From the NCBI GenBank assembly GCA_020854105.1, contig JADZGB010000041.1:2809-66808 (forward strand): a stretch of 64,000 nucleotides of DNA, written 5' to 3'. The position numbers and the translations under genes were made by a program. Of this stretch, positions 8,997-23,609 are shown one piece after another. The notes beneath the pieces were generated by a model. The model was not told the origin of the DNA. It did no database searches and was given only the letters and a program-made list of their open reading frames with translations. This stretch comes from Burkholderiales bacterium (GTDB lineage Bacteria > Pseudomonadota > Gammaproteobacteria > Burkholderiales > SHXO01). Each line of letters starts with the position of its first letter. Within the stretch, counting starts at the first letter, position 1.

Positions 8997-9476
8997 TCAC
9001 AGGAACCAGGCCAGCGTGAAGATCGCCACCATGGCCAGGGCGAGCGCGAGCTTGGCCAGACTGCCGATGAGGAAGCCCACCCAGGCGCCGAAGCCAGCGC
9101 GCCCCGCATCCGCCAAATCCCGGCGTACGAGGAATTGACCGGCCGCAGCCCCGGCGAACGGGCCGATCAGCAATCCTGGCAGTCCGAAGAACAGCCCGAC
9201 CAGCGTCCCCAGCGCAGCACCCAGCATGGCCGCGCGCGAGGCACCCACGCGCCTGGCACCCAGGCTGGAGGCGACGAAGTCGACCGCGAAGCTGAGCAGG
9301 GCGAGGGCGCCCAGCACGGTGAGCACCGGCCACCCGACCGTCTGAAAGCCGTTGGCCCAGGCGGCGAGCAGCAGACCGCCGAACACCAGCGCAACGCCGG
9401 GCAGCATCGGCAGAATGGTGCCCGCCACGCCGATCAGCACGAATGCCACCGCCAGCACCCACAGCAGGCTCGTCAT
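8997..9476 (-). CDS. DUF456-family small membrane protein
   Basis: 159 aa from ATG 9476. Four hydrophobic segments and Gly-rich loops (LPMLPGVALVFGG..., GPFAGAAAGQF) are typical of DUF456. Confidence 0.7.
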   Translation of the reverse strand: MTSLLWVLAVAFVLIGVAGTILPMLPGVALVFGGLLLAAWANGFQTVGWPVLTVLGALALLSFAVDFVASSLGARRVGASRAAMLGAALGTLVGLFFGLPGLLIGPFAGAAAGQFLVRRDLADAGRAGFGAWVGFLIGSLAKLALALAMVAIFTLAWFL

Positions 9477-9645
9477 CGGTCCTCTCCGGTCACGGGACGC
9501 GGATTCTCCTCCCTCTGCGGCGATGGCGTAGAATTCCGCCGGCCCGCGGGCGCATCGGCTGACAGGCCGGCTGCGCATGCAAGGGACGCGGATCGGACGC
9601 AGGCGAGTCCGGTCTGCCATCGACCACTGCCGAGGAAGCACGTTC

Positions 9646-9948
9646 ATGACCACTCATCTCAAGCACGCGCTGGCCATCCTGATCGTATGCGCCGGAGCAT
9701 CGGCTCCGGTCTTCGCCGAGGGCGATGCTGCGCCGACCTACCAGCGCGAGCGCGCGATGCAGCGCTACAAGGGCTGCCATTTCACCGACGAGATGGGCAG
9801 TTATCTTTATCAGTGCGTCAAGAAGAACGACGGCTTCGGCACCCATTGGTGCTACGACGAGACCCTCGAGGTGTTCTGTCCCGCGCAACTGGCCGAGCGC
9901 AAGGCCACGGAAGGGTTGCCGGCCGAGGAGAAGCCGGCGTCGAACTGA
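9646..9948 (+). CDS. Hypothetical secreted protein, 4 Cys
   Basis: 100 aa. Signal peptide MTTHLKHALAILIVCAGASAPVFAEG, followed by an intrinsic terminator. No family recognised. Confidence 0.55.
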   Translation: MTTHLKHALAILIVCAGASAPVFAEGDAAPTYQRERAMQRYKGCHFTDEMGSYLYQCVKKNDGFGTHWCYDETLEVFCPAQLAERKATEGLPAEEKPASN

Positions 9949-9972
9949 GGGCACCCACCCCGCTCTGCGCAA

Positions 9973-9998
9973 AGGCCTCTCCGGAGGCCTTTTTCGTT
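9973..9998 (+). terminator. Rho-independent terminator
   Basis: aggcctc-tccg-gaggcct stem-loop followed by ttttcgtt, 25 nt after the stop codon at 9948. Confidence 0.7.
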
Positions 9999-10066
9999 CG
10001 TGTTCCGCGCCCAGAAAACTTGCGCGCCGCCTGGGATGCCGGTCTATACTGGTGCGGCAGGAGACC

Positions 10067-10627
10067 ATGGCTCCGATCGAGGGAGTGAAGGAACGTGAAG
10101 CGCGGCAGACGTCACCGGCTCGCATCTACCGGAGGTTGCGGGTGACGCGGCCAGGAGTGCAGTTGCGGCTTGCCCAGTCGGGTGATGCGATGGAGATCGC
10201 ATTGATGTCGCGCGACCTGGTCGAGCATGGACTGACGTGGTCGTGGACGCGCACCCGCGTGGCGAGGAACATGGCCGATCGCGACACGTCCACGCTGGTC
10301 GCAGCCGTCGGCCGCAAGATCGTCGGCTTCGCCATGATGCACTTCGGCGACGATCATGCACACCTCAATCTGTTCGCGGTCAAGCCCGCCTACCAGCGTG
10401 GCGGGGTGGGTGCCGAGATGCTGCGCTGGCTGGAGCAATCGGCGAGTGCCGCCGGCCTGAGCGCGATCCACCTCGAGGTGCGGCTCAACAACGTGAGTGC
10501 GCGCCGCTTCTACCGCGGGGCCGGGTTCCAGGACGTTGCCGTCCTGCCACGCTATTACGGCGGGGTGGAGTCGGCGCTGTGGATGGCGCGCGACATCCGC
10601 GTGCGCACCGCGTCGCAATCCACCTGA
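10067..10627 (+). CDS. GNAT-family N-acetyltransferase (RimI-like)
   Basis: ATG 10067 is preceded by aggaga. Acetyl-CoA motif AVKPAYQRGGVGAEMLRWLE and ARRFYRGAGF are present. Confidence 0.75.
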   Translation: MAPIEGVKEREARQTSPARIYRRLRVTRPGVQLRLAQSGDAMEIALMSRDLVEHGLTWSWTRTRVARNMADRDTSTLVAAVGRKIVGFAMMHFGDDHAHLNLFAVKPAYQRGGVGAEMLRWLEQSASAAGLSAIHLEVRLNNVSARRFYRGAGFQDVAVLPRYYGGVESALWMARDIRVRTASQST

Positions 10628-10642
10628 AGGCGCGCGCCGCGG

Positions 10643-11332
10643 TCAGTCCACGTAGCGGATGGCGCCGCGCTGCGCCAGCGCAGACTCCTTCCAGAATTCC
10701 AGCTTCTCGCCGCGCCTGATCCTGGCCTCGGCCTCGGCCTCCTTGTCCTTGACCGCCTGCAACTGTGCGGCGACGCGGTCTGCCTGGTCGAGGGGCACGG
10801 CCACGACGCCGTCGCGATCGCCGACCACGATGTCGCCCGGATTCACCGGAATGCCGCCGCAGCTCACCGGAAGGTTGACTTCGCCCGGCCCCGTCTTGAA
10901 ACCGCCATTGGGGCAGGTGCCGCGTGCGAATACCGGTACCCCGGCGGCGAGCAGGCCCTTGACGTCGCGCACCAGACCGTCGCACACGATGCCCGCCACG
11001 CCGAGCCGGGCGGCCCACAGCAGCCACAGATCTCCCAGCTTCGCGGCGAGATTGTCGCCGCCGCCGGCGATCACGATCACGTCGCCCTTCCTCACGAAGT
11101 CGAGGGTGGCCATCACCGCCAGGATGTCGCCCGGCGGACAGTAGGCGGTGACCGCCGGTCCGCACAGATACATGTCGGGCGTGAGCGGCTTGATGCGGTG
11201 ATCCATGCAGCCCTTGCCGTTGCAGGCATCGGTGACGAAACCGGTGGGCGCGCCCTGATATTCGGCGAGCAGCGCGGATGACGGGCGCTCGATATTGCGG
11301 CGGATGGTCAGTGCGACCGGTTCTCCGATCAT
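10643..11332 (-). CDS. RraA-family protein (4-hydroxy-4-methyl-2-oxoglutarate aldolase / oxaloacetate decarboxylase-like)
   Basis: 229 aa. GDVIVIAGGG...AKLGDLW...GIVCDGLVRD...PVFARG...GGIPVNPGDIVVGDRDGVVAVP is typical of RraA/DlpA-type aldolases. Confidence 0.8.
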   Translation of the reverse strand: MIGEPVALTIRRNIERPSSALLAEYQGAPTGFVTDACNGKGCMDHRIKPLTPDMYLCGPAVTAYCPPGDILAVMATLDFVRKGDVIVIAGGGDNLAAKLGDLWLLWAARLGVAGIVCDGLVRDVKGLLAAGVPVFARGTCPNGGFKTGPGEVNLPVSCGGIPVNPGDIVVGDRDGVVAVPLDQADRVAAQLQAVKDKEAEAEARIRRGEKLEFWKESALAQRGAIRYVD

Positions 11333-11478
11333 GCGCGTGTCCTCCTGGCGTGGGTTCGGGATGCGACGATGTCAGTGCCCTGCCGCCTGACGTGGTGGCG
11401 AGGTGCGGCGCGTGACAGGGGCGCCCCTCCCGCACAGGACATCGTGGAGCGGGCCGATTATGACTGAACTGCTCCCGC

Positions 11479-12621
11479 TCAGGATGCGTCGGCTTCGCGC
11501 TTGTACGGGCTGTGCTCGTCGAGTTCGTCGAGGTAGACGCCGATACCGTGCGTCTCGCGCCGCAGGAAATCATCGATCGCCTGGGCGAACTGCGGATGCG
11601 CGAGCCAGTGCGCGGACAGCGTGCGCACCGGCAGGAGGCCGCGCGCGAGCTTGTGCTCGCCCTGCGCGCCGCCCTCGAAGGCGCGCAGGCCCCGTTCGAT
11701 GCAGTATTCGATGGCCTGGTAGTAGCAGGCCTCGAAGTGCAGTCCGGAATGGAACTCGGCTGCGCCCCAGTAGCGACCGTAGAGGATGCCGCCACCCATC
11801 ACGTTGAGCGCGCTTGCCACCCGCTTGCCGCCGCGGCGCCCGATGACGAGGAGCACGTCGTCGGGCATTGTCTGCGCCAGGCGGCGGAAGAACGCCCGGT
11901 TCAGATAGGGAGTCGAGTGATGCGCGCGGTAGGTGCGGCGATAGCACCAGGTGAAGAAGTCCCAGTCTTCCTCGCCGGCTTCGCGCCCGGTCAGGCGCAC
12001 GAAATCAATGCCCGCGTCACGCACGCGGCGGCGCTCCTGCTTGATTTTCTTGCGCTTGTCATGGCTCATGCCCGCCAGAAAGGCGTCGAAATCGGGGTGC
12101 CCCGGATTCTCCCAGTGGAACTGGATGCTCGAGCGGATCATCATGCCGCGGGCACCGAGCTCCTCGGCCTGCTGCGCCGGGGGCAGCAGGACGTGCAGGG
12201 ACGACACCCGCTCGCTGCGCGCCAGATCGAATGCGGCATCGAGCAGGGCGCGCCGCTGTTCCGGCTGCCGGGCCACCAGGCGGGATCCGGTCGCGGGCGT
12301 GAAGGGGATCGCACTGAGCAGCTTCGGGTAGTAGGGGACCCCATGGCGCCGATAGGCATCGGCCCAGCTCCAGTCGAACACGTATTCCCCGTAGGAGTGC
12401 GACTTCAGGTACAGCGGCATGAAGCCCGCGAGCCGGCCCGCCTCCCACAGCGATACGTGACAGGGGATCCATCCAGCCTGCGCACCGACGCATCCGGTGT
12501 TCTCGAGCGCGTGCAGGAACGCGTGGCGCAGGAAGGGATTGTCGCCGGCGAGAGCGTTCCACTGGTTGGCCGGCGCATCGGCGACGGCGTGCAGAATGCG
12601 GATGACGGGAGCGGACATCAT
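11479..12621 (-). CDS. DUF482 / FemAB-like GNAT-fold protein (COG3146)
   Basis: 380 aa. WNALAGDNPFLRHAFLHALE...GWIPCHV...PLYLKSHSYGEYVFDWSWADAY...YYPKLLSAIPFTPATG matches this family. Confidence 0.8.
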   Translation of the reverse strand: MMSAPVIRILHAVADAPANQWNALAGDNPFLRHAFLHALENTGCVGAQAGWIPCHVSLWEAGRLAGFMPLYLKSHSYGEYVFDWSWADAYRRHGVPYYPKLLSAIPFTPATGSRLVARQPEQRRALLDAAFDLARSERVSSLHVLLPPAQQAEELGARGMMIRSSIQFHWENPGHPDFDAFLAGMSHDKRKKIKQERRRVRDAGIDFVRLTGREAGEEDWDFFTWCYRRTYRAHHSTPYLNRAFFRRLAQTMPDDVLLVIGRRGGKRVASALNVMGGGILYGRYWGAAEFHSGLHFEACYYQAIEYCIERGLRAFEGGAQGEHKLARGLLPVRTLSAHWLAHPQFAQAIDDFLRRETHGIGVYLDELDEHSPYKREADAS

Positions 12622-12644
12622 CGCGGCGCGAGGAACCGCGCCGA

Positions 12645-13074
<430 letters not shown>

Positions 13075-13086
13075 GAACCTCCGCCA

Positions 13087-13104
13087 TCCCGGCGAAAGCC
13101 GGGA
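13087..13104. repeat. GAAA-tetraloop hairpin, member of a short REP-like family
   Basis: tcccggc-gaaa-gccggga lies between the convergent genes glnB and smr. About 80 percent identical over 27 nt to the element at 35918..35946. Confidence 0.5.
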
Positions 13105-13172
13105 GCCAGCGCAAACAGAGAAGGGCCTGTCTCCGTCTCTACGGCAGGCTCTCATGCGCGGTGCGGCGGCAC

Positions 13173-13766
13173 TCAATCCCCGTCGTCCCCGTCTGCGCGC
13201 TGCGCGCCGTCGGGCTTGATTCCCCGCAGCAGCACCAGCACTGCGCCGCTGCCCCCGGCTTCGGGACGCGCCTCGCAGAACGCCAGCACTTCCTTTCTCT
13301 GGATCAGCCATGACGCGACGCGCGGCTTGAGCACCGGCTCGCGGTTGCGCGAGCCGAGTCCCTTGCCGTGGATGACGCGCACGCAGCGCGCGCCGCGCCT
13401 GCGCGCGTGGTCGAGGAACCCTACCAGCAGTGGCCGGGCTTCCTCGGTGCGCAGGCCGTGCAGGTCGATCTCCTGCTGGACTGCCCAGAAGCCTGCACGC
13501 AGGCGGCGCAACACTTGCGGTGACATGCCTTCGCGCAGGAAGGACAGCACTTCCCCGGATTCCAGCTCCATCTCGGGCGCCGGCGCATCGCTCAGGCTGT
13601 CCTGCAGCACCTGGCGCTCGTCCTGGATGCGCTGCGTCGGCACGGGCGGCGGGTGCTCGGGCGCATGCTGGACGCGTTCACGCCGGCGCAGCGGCGCGAC
13701 GTCTTTCACCGCCTCGCGGAACAGGGTGGGGTCGTCGTCGGCAGCAGGCGGCTTGGTCTTTGCCAT
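13173..13766 (-). CDS. Smr-domain protein (MutS2-related endonuclease domain)
   Basis: 197 aa. The C-terminal Smr domain reads IDLHGLRTEEARPLLVGFLDHARRRGARCVRVIHGKG. Confidence 0.8.
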   Translation of the reverse strand: MAKTKPPAADDDPTLFREAVKDVAPLRRRERVQHAPEHPPPVPTQRIQDERQVLQDSLSDAPAPEMELESGEVLSFLREGMSPQVLRRLRAGFWAVQQEIDLHGLRTEEARPLLVGFLDHARRRGARCVRVIHGKGLGSRNREPVLKPRVASWLIQRKEVLAFCEARPEAGGSGAVLVLLRGIKPDGAQRADGDDGD

Positions 13767-13784
13767 GGACGGCTCCGCATGGCC

Positions 13785-14861
<1,077 letters not shown>

Positions 14862-14898
14862 CTATAATGCGGCATGCGTCCAACTCGCTGTGCGCAGG

Positions 14899-17187
14899 AT
14901 GTTTTTCACGGGCCGCTCTAAGCCGACCAGAATCGGCGCGCCGCTTCCGCCGCGATTGGTCGGGCTGTTGCGCGAATCGCGCTGGCTGCTGCTGGTGGCC
15001 GCGGCCGTCTTCCTCGTCCTGATCCTGGCCACCTACGACCGGACCGATCCCGGCTGGTCGCACAGCGAGGACTCGGACGTGGTACGCAATGACGGCGGCC
15101 GCTTCGGCGCCTGGCTGGCCGACGTGCTGCTCTATCTGTTCGGCGTCTCCGCCTACTGGATCGCGGTGTTCCTGCTGTTCGCCACCTGGTGGGGCTATCG
15201 CCGCATCGATGTGGCCGGCGATGGTGACCGGCGCCCCTTCTGGGTTGCCTGCGCCGGCTTTCTCCTGCTGCTGCTCGCCAGTGCCTCGATCGAGGCGATG
15301 CGTCTGCACTCCCTGTCGGTGCAGCTGCCGTTCGCGCCCGGCGGCATCCTCGGCGTGGCGATCGGAGAGCCGTTGTTCGCGACCCTGGGCTTCACCGGTG
15401 CCACCCTGGCGCTGCTGGCCGCGGCCGGGGTCGGACTGAGCCTGTTCGTCGGCCTGTCCTGGCTCGACCTGTGCGAGCGCGTGGGCACCTGGATCGAAGC
15501 CGGCTGGGAGCGGGGCTGGGCGCACGTGCACGAGGCGCGTGACCGCCAGCTGGGCGAGGAGGCCGCGCAGCGGCGTGCCCTCACGGTGACCGAGGAGAAG
15601 AAGATCTTCGACGAGCATCCGCCGCTGTACATCGAACAGCCGCAGACGGTCATCGTGAAATCCGAGCGGGTCAAGCGCGAGAAGCAGCGCCCCCTGTTCG
15701 AGGATCTGCCGGACTCGCCGCTGCCGCCGCTGTCCCTGCTCGACGAGCCGTCGTCCAACGTCGAGGTGATGTCGGCGGAGACACTGGAATACACCTCGCG
15801 CCTGATCGAGAAGAAGCTGCTCGATTTTGGCATCGAGGTGAAGGTCGTCGCTGCCTATCCGGGGCCGGTCATCACGCGCTACGAGATCGAGCCCGCGGTG
15901 GGCGTCAAGGGCAGCCAGATAGTCAACCTGGTGAAGGATCTGGCGCGCGCACTGTCGGTGGTTAGCATCCGCGTGGTGGAGACGATTCCGGGCAAGTCCT
16001 GCATGGGGCTGGAGATTCCCAATCCAAAGCGCCAGACCGTGCGCCTGTCCGAGATCCTCAGCTCGCAGGTGTACAACGACACCAGTTCGCCGCTCACGCT
16101 GGCGATGGGCAAGGATATCGCGGGCAAGCCGGTCGTGGCCGATCTCGCGCGCATGCCGCACCTGCTGGTCGCGGGCACGACCGGATCCGGCAAGTCCGTG
16201 GCGATCAACGCCATGATCCTGAGCCTGCTGTACAAGGCGACGCCGAACGAGGTCCGCCTGATCATGGTGGATCCGAAGATGCTCGAGCTGTCGGTGTACG
16301 AGGGCATCCCGCATCTGCTCGCACCGGTGGTCACCGACATGAAGCAGGCCGCGCACGCGCTTACCTGGTGCGTGGCGGAGATGGAGCGGCGCTACAAGCT
16401 GATGTCGGCGATGGGCGTGCGCAACCTCTCCGGCTTCAACCAGAAGGTCATCGACGCGCGCAAGGCGGGCAAGCCGCTCACCGATCCGCTGGCGCTGAAC
16501 CAGGACGAGCCGCCTCCCCTGCAGGAGCTGCCGCTGCTGGTGGTGGTGATCGACGAACTGGCCGATCTGATGATGGTGGTGGGCAAGAAGGTCGAGGAAC
16601 TGATCGCGCGGCTGGCGCAGAAGGCACGCGCCGCCGGCGTGCACCTGATCCTCGCCACGCAGCGTCCGTCGGTGGACGTGATCACCGGCCTCATCAAGGC
16701 CAACATCCCGACGCGCGTCGCCTTCCAGGTGTCGAGCAAGGTCGATTCGCGCACCATTCTCGACCAGATGGGCGCGGAGTCGCTGCTCGGGCAGGGCGAC
16801 ATGCTGTACCTGCCGCCGGGCACCGGCTATCCGCAGCGCGTCCACGGCGCCTTCGTCGCGGACGCGGAGGTGCACACGGTCGTGGAGTACCTGAAGTCGC
16901 GCGGCGCGCCGCAGTACATCGACGGCATCCTCGAGGGCGGGGAGGACGAGTCGATGGCCGATGGCACGACGGGCGAGGCTGCGGATGCCGAATCCGATCC
17001 GCTGTACGATCAGGCGGTGGAGATCGTGCTCAAGTCGCGCCGCGCCTCCATCTCGCTGGTGCAGCGCCATCTGCGCATCGGCTACAACCGGGCTGCGCGC
17101 CTCATCGAGGCGATGGAGCGCGCCGGCCTGGTCTCGAGCATGGCCACCAACGGCAACCGGGAGATCCTGGCGCCGTCGAAGGAATAG
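14899..17187 (+). CDS. ftsK: DNA translocase FtsK
   Basis: N-terminal TM segments, a motor domain with Walker A (GTTGSGKSV) and [11 protein letters not shown], and a C-terminal gamma winged helix ([20 protein letters not shown]). The start is set at ATG 14899; upstream alternatives exist from 14812. Confidence 0.9.
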   Translation: MFFTGRSKPTRIGAPLPPRLVGLLRESRWLLLVAAAVFLVLILATYDRTDPGWSHSEDSDVVRNDGGRFGAWLADVLLYLFGVSAYWIAVFLLFATWWGYRRIDVAGDGDRRPFWVACAGFLLLLLASASIEAMRLHSLSVQLPFAPGGILGVAIGEPLFATLGFTGATLALLAAAGVGLSLFVGLSWLDLCERVGTWIEAGWERGWAHVHEARDRQLGEEAAQRRALTVTEEKKIFDEHPPLYIEQPQTVIVKSERVKREKQRPLFEDLPDSPLPPLSLLDEPSSNVEVMSAETLEYTSRLIEKKLLDFGIEVKVVAAYPGPVITRYEIEPAVGVKGSQIVNLVKDLARALSVVSIRVVETIPGKSCMGLEIPNPKRQTVRLSEILSSQVYNDTSSPLTLAMGKDIAGKPVVADLARMPHLLVAGTTGSGKSVAINAMILSLLYKATPNEVRLIMVDPKMLELSVYEGIPHLLAPVVTDMKQAAHALTWCVAEMERRYKLMSAMGVRNLSGFNQKVIDARKAGKPLTDPLALNQDEPPPLQELPLLVVVIDELADLMMVVGKKVEELIARLAQKARAAGVHLILATQRPSVDVITGLIKANIPTRVAFQVSSKVDSRTILDQMGAESLLGQGDMLYLPPGTGYPQRVHGAFVADAEVHTVVEYLKSRGAPQYIDGILEGGEDESMADGTTGEAADAESDPLYDQAVEIVLKSRRASISLVQRHLRIGYNRAARLIEAMERAGLVSSMATNGNREILAPSKE

Positions 17188-17211
17188 CCCTCGGATCCGA
17201 AGCCGCCCCAC

Positions 17212-17826
17212 ATGAGACCGACCTTTCTCGCCTTGCTTCCGATGCTCACCGCGGTGGCCGCACACGCGGGCAGCATCGAGAAACTCGAGGCATTCGTCGC
17301 CCAGACCCAGTCCGCCCGCGCCAGCTTCGCCCAGGAAGTGATCGACGAGAAGGGCAAGCCGGTACAGTCGGCACAGGGGCAGCTGAGCTTCTCGCGGCCC
17401 GGCAAGTTCCGCTGGGAGTACCGCAAGCCCTACGAGCAGCTGATCGTCGGCGACGGCGAGAAGCTGTGGGTGTACGACAAGGAACTGGAGCAGGTCACGG
17501 TCAGGAAGCTCGACGGTGCGCTGGGCAGCAGCCCCGCGGCCCTGCTGGCCGGCAGCAACCAGATCGAGGCGCACTACAACCTGGATGCCAAGGGCGTGAA
17601 GGGCGGGCTCGACTGGCTCGAAGCCTACCCCAAGGCCGACGACACGATGTTCGAGAAAGTGCGCATGGGCTTCAAGGGCAACACCCTGGATACCATGGAA
17701 CTGTACGACCATCTCGGGCAGATGACGCGCATCCGCTTCAGCGGCATCCAGCGCAATCCCCGCCTCGCTGCGGACACGTTCTCCTTCACTGCGCCTGCGG
17801 GGGTGGACGTGCTGGAGGACCAGTGA
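17212..17826 (+). CDS. lolA: Outer-membrane lipoprotein carrier protein LolA
   Basis: 204 aa. Signal peptide followed by FSRPGKFRWEYRKPYEQLIVGDGEKLWVYD, typical of LolA. Conserved position after ftsK. Confidence 0.9.
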   Translation: MRPTFLALLPMLTAVAAHAGSIEKLEAFVAQTQSARASFAQEVIDEKGKPVQSAQGQLSFSRPGKFRWEYRKPYEQLIVGDGEKLWVYDKELEQVTVRKLDGALGSSPAALLAGSNQIEAHYNLDAKGVKGGLDWLEAYPKADDTMFEKVRMGFKGNTLDTMELYDHLGQMTRIRFSGIQRNPRLAADTFSFTAPAGVDVLEDQ

Positions 17827-19197
17827 GCGCCGCCTGCCCGGCGCGCGGCTGAGTGGCCGCGAACACGCGCGCCGCACACGGCGTAGATCTGTTCGATCAC
17901 GCCTCGAATCCTGCCGCCCCCCTGGCCGAGCTGATGCGGCCGCAGCGACTCGAAGAGGTGGTCGGCCAGCGCCATCTGCTGGCATCGGGCAAGCCGCTCG
18001 AGGTGGCGGCCCGCTCGGGCAAGCTGCACTCGATGATCCTGTGGGGGCCGCCCGGGGTCGGCAAGACCACCCTGGCGCGATTGCTGGCCGGTGCCGCCAA
18101 GGCCCGGTTCATCGCGCTGTCAGCAGTGTTCTCCGGCGTGAAAGATATCCGCGAGGCGGTGGCAACGGCGCAGGATGCGCTGCGCCAGGACGGCAGCCAC
18201 ACCATCCTGTTCGTGGACGAGGTGCACCGCTTCAACAAGTCGCAGCAGGATGCCTTCCTGCCCTTCGTCGAGCAGGGACTGTTCACCTTCATCGGCGCGA
18301 CGACGGAGAACCCCTCGTTCGAGGTGAACAGCGCGCTGCTGTCGCGCGTCACCGTCTACGTGCTGCAACCGCTGGCAGCACAGGATCTGGCGGAGCTGCT
18401 CGAGCGTGCGCGCGCACGGCATCTGCCATCGCTGCAGCTCGCCGACGACGCGCGCGAGCTCGTGATCGGTTTCGTGGATGGCGATGCCCGGCGCCTGATG
18501 AACATGCTCGAGCAGGTGGCGGATGCCGCGCGCACCGAGGGCCGCACGGAGGTGGATGCCGCTTTCGCGCGTGAGGCGCTCGCCCAGCGCCTGCGCCGCT
18601 TCGACAAGGGCGGTGAGGCCTTCTACGATCAGATCTCGGCCCTGCACAAGGCGGTGCGCGGGTCCGCGCCCGACGCTGCGCTGTACTGGCTCACGCGCAT
18701 GCTCGACGGCGGCGCCGAGCCGCTCTACCTGGGACGGCGCCTGGTGCGCATGGCGATCGAGGACATCGGCCTGGCCGATCCGCGGGCGCTGCGCCTGGCG
18801 CTCGACGCCTGCGAGACCTACGAGCGGCTGGGCTCGCCCGAAGGCGAGCTGGCGCTGGCACAGGCCGCGCTGTATCTGGCCTGCGCGGCAAAGAGCAACG
18901 CCGCCTACGTCGCCTATAATGCCGCCCGGGATTTCGTCGCGGGCGACACGTCGCGGCCCGTGCCCCTGCATCTGCGCAATGCCCCGACCAGGCTGATGAA
19001 GGAACTGGGCTACGGCAGGCGCTACCGCTATGCGCACGACGAGCCGGACGCGTATGCCGCGGGCGAGGACTACTTCCCCGAGGGCATGCCGCAGGTGAGC
19101 TTCTATCGTCCGACCCCGCGCGGCCTGGAGGGCAGGATCGCGGAGAAGCTCGCGCACCTGCGCGAGCTGGACGAGGCGGCGAGAACGTCAACAACAT

Positions 19198-22015
<2,818 letters not shown>

Positions 22016-22291
22016 GGTCGGAGGAGGGTGCTTGCGTGCTCAGTGGGTTCGCGACATGCGAAGCGGATGACCGGCGCGGATGGAAGGGTTCGCGAGCGGG
22101 GCTGCGACGGATCGGGCGCGCCCCGGAATTGGCGAGACCGGCAGCACGGGCGGCACTGCCGGGCGAAGGCTGAAGCAAGAACAGCGCCCCGAAGAACAAC
22201 GTCCCATGGGCGCGAATCGTATCAGGACAGGCGAGCTTGCACCGCACCATGCGGCATTGCCGGGGTTGGTATGGGGTAGAATTACGCGCTT

Positions 22292-22456
<165 letters not shown>

Positions 22457-22545
22457 CGACTAGCACGCCACAGGCGTGCTGGACGCCCGCAGGGCGGTCC
22501 CGAACGAAGTGAGGGATGCGGGATCGCCACAAGGCGATGCGCCAC

Positions 22546-22635
22546 AATCCCACCCTCTTTGCCAAATACGAAAGCCGACTGCATGGTCGGCTTTCGTGTT
22601 GATGGAAGGTGGGTGGCTGAGAACCCACTCGGGTT
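22546..22635 (+). repeat. Direct repeat copy 2 (tRNA-Ser 3' fragment, terminator and flank)
   Basis: aatcccaccctctttgccaaatacgaaagccgactgcatggtcggctttcgtgttgatggaaggtgggtggctgagaacccactcgggtt. About 88 percent identical to copy 1 by eye. Confidence 0.85.
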
Positions 22636-22694
22636 GCAATCCAACCCGAAATTTGCTGCCAGCTGGCTCGTTGCCCTGACCGGAGGCATGCGGC

Positions 22695-23575
22695 ATGTCC
22701 AAGCGTAAGCCAATCGCGCCGCATCACGTCGGCGTCACCCTGGCCTTCGTGGCGTTTTCCCCCGCCGCCTGGCCGGATCATCCGGCAACGGTGCTGGGCA
22801 GCACGGTAGGTGCGCCGATCATCACGCCCACCACGGTGACATTGAAGGCCGGCGCCTGGAGTGCCGGTCTGGCGGCGGAGTACCGGCGGTTCGATGACCC
22901 GGGCACGAGCGGCCTGGCCGCGCAGGCGGCAGAGGCGGGAGGCCATGCGCACAGCCTGCGTGCGCCGTGGTCGCCGTCGCCTGCCCTGTCGTACGGTGTG
23001 ACGGATGCCCTGATGCTATCCGTGCGTCTGCCGTACGTGCATCGCAGCGATCTTCGCGAAGGCCACATCCATGGCAGCGGGACGGCGGGCGTGCACGATC
23101 TGGGCGACTCGGCCGGTCTCGGCGACCTCAGTATCGAAGGGCTATGGCGTTTCTGGGCCGATGAGGGAGGCAGCAGTGCCGCGATCGGCATCGGCAGCCT
23201 CGTGCCGACCGGGACGACCGACGAGCGGGACGACGAAGGGCAGCGATTCACGACCGAACCATCCCGAGCCCGAGTCGGCCCGGCTGCGCTGGTCGGCCCG
23301 GCTGCGCTGGTCGGCCCGGCTGCGTTGGTCGGCCCGGCTGCGCTGGGACGTGCCGCTCGAACTGAACGGCGAATACCAGCATCCTCAGCGCATCGCGGGC
23401 CAGCGCGAGGGACATCGGGAGCACGTCCTTTTCCTGTCCTCGGGGGTGCGCGTTAGCGGTGAACCGGGGATGGAGCGTGGGTGTGTCCATCGGTGTCCCG
23501 ATCCATCAGGACGTAGGCAAGGAACACGTGGAGACGAGCTGGCGAGCGCTGGCGACGATCGGCTACGTCCGATGA
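22695..23575 (+). pseudogene. Decayed outer-membrane beta-barrel gene (MetA-pathway/transporter-like family), spread over three frames
   Basis: The N-terminal part is in ORF 22695..23456 (signal-like start, LPYVHRSDL, GLGDLSIEGLWRF, LVPTGTTD). The middle is in the frame of ORF 23071..23613 (WDVPLELNGEYQ...VLFLSSGVRV). A barrel-like C-terminus (WSVGVSIGVPIHQDVGKEHVETSWRALATIGYVR, stop at 23573-23575) is in the third frame. Confidence 0.5.
23275..23346. repeat. Tandem repeat, 18-bp unit tcggcccggctgcgctgg, 4 copies
   Basis: Read directly; one copy has c>t. Lies inside the decayed OM gene and is translated as GPAALV x4 or SARLRW x4 depending on frame. Confidence 0.9.
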
Positions 23576-23609
23576 CCCTCGGGGAGACGGCTGCCGCCCA
23601 CCCGCGCCT

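Noticed and set aside
8932-11400. The DUF456, small secreted protein, GNAT and RraA-like genes as a possible functional island
   Set aside because: The genes are in mixed orientations with their own terminator and promoters. Composition is indistinguishable from the surroundings by eye, and there are no mobility genes or flanking repeats. I have no evidence that they form a system.
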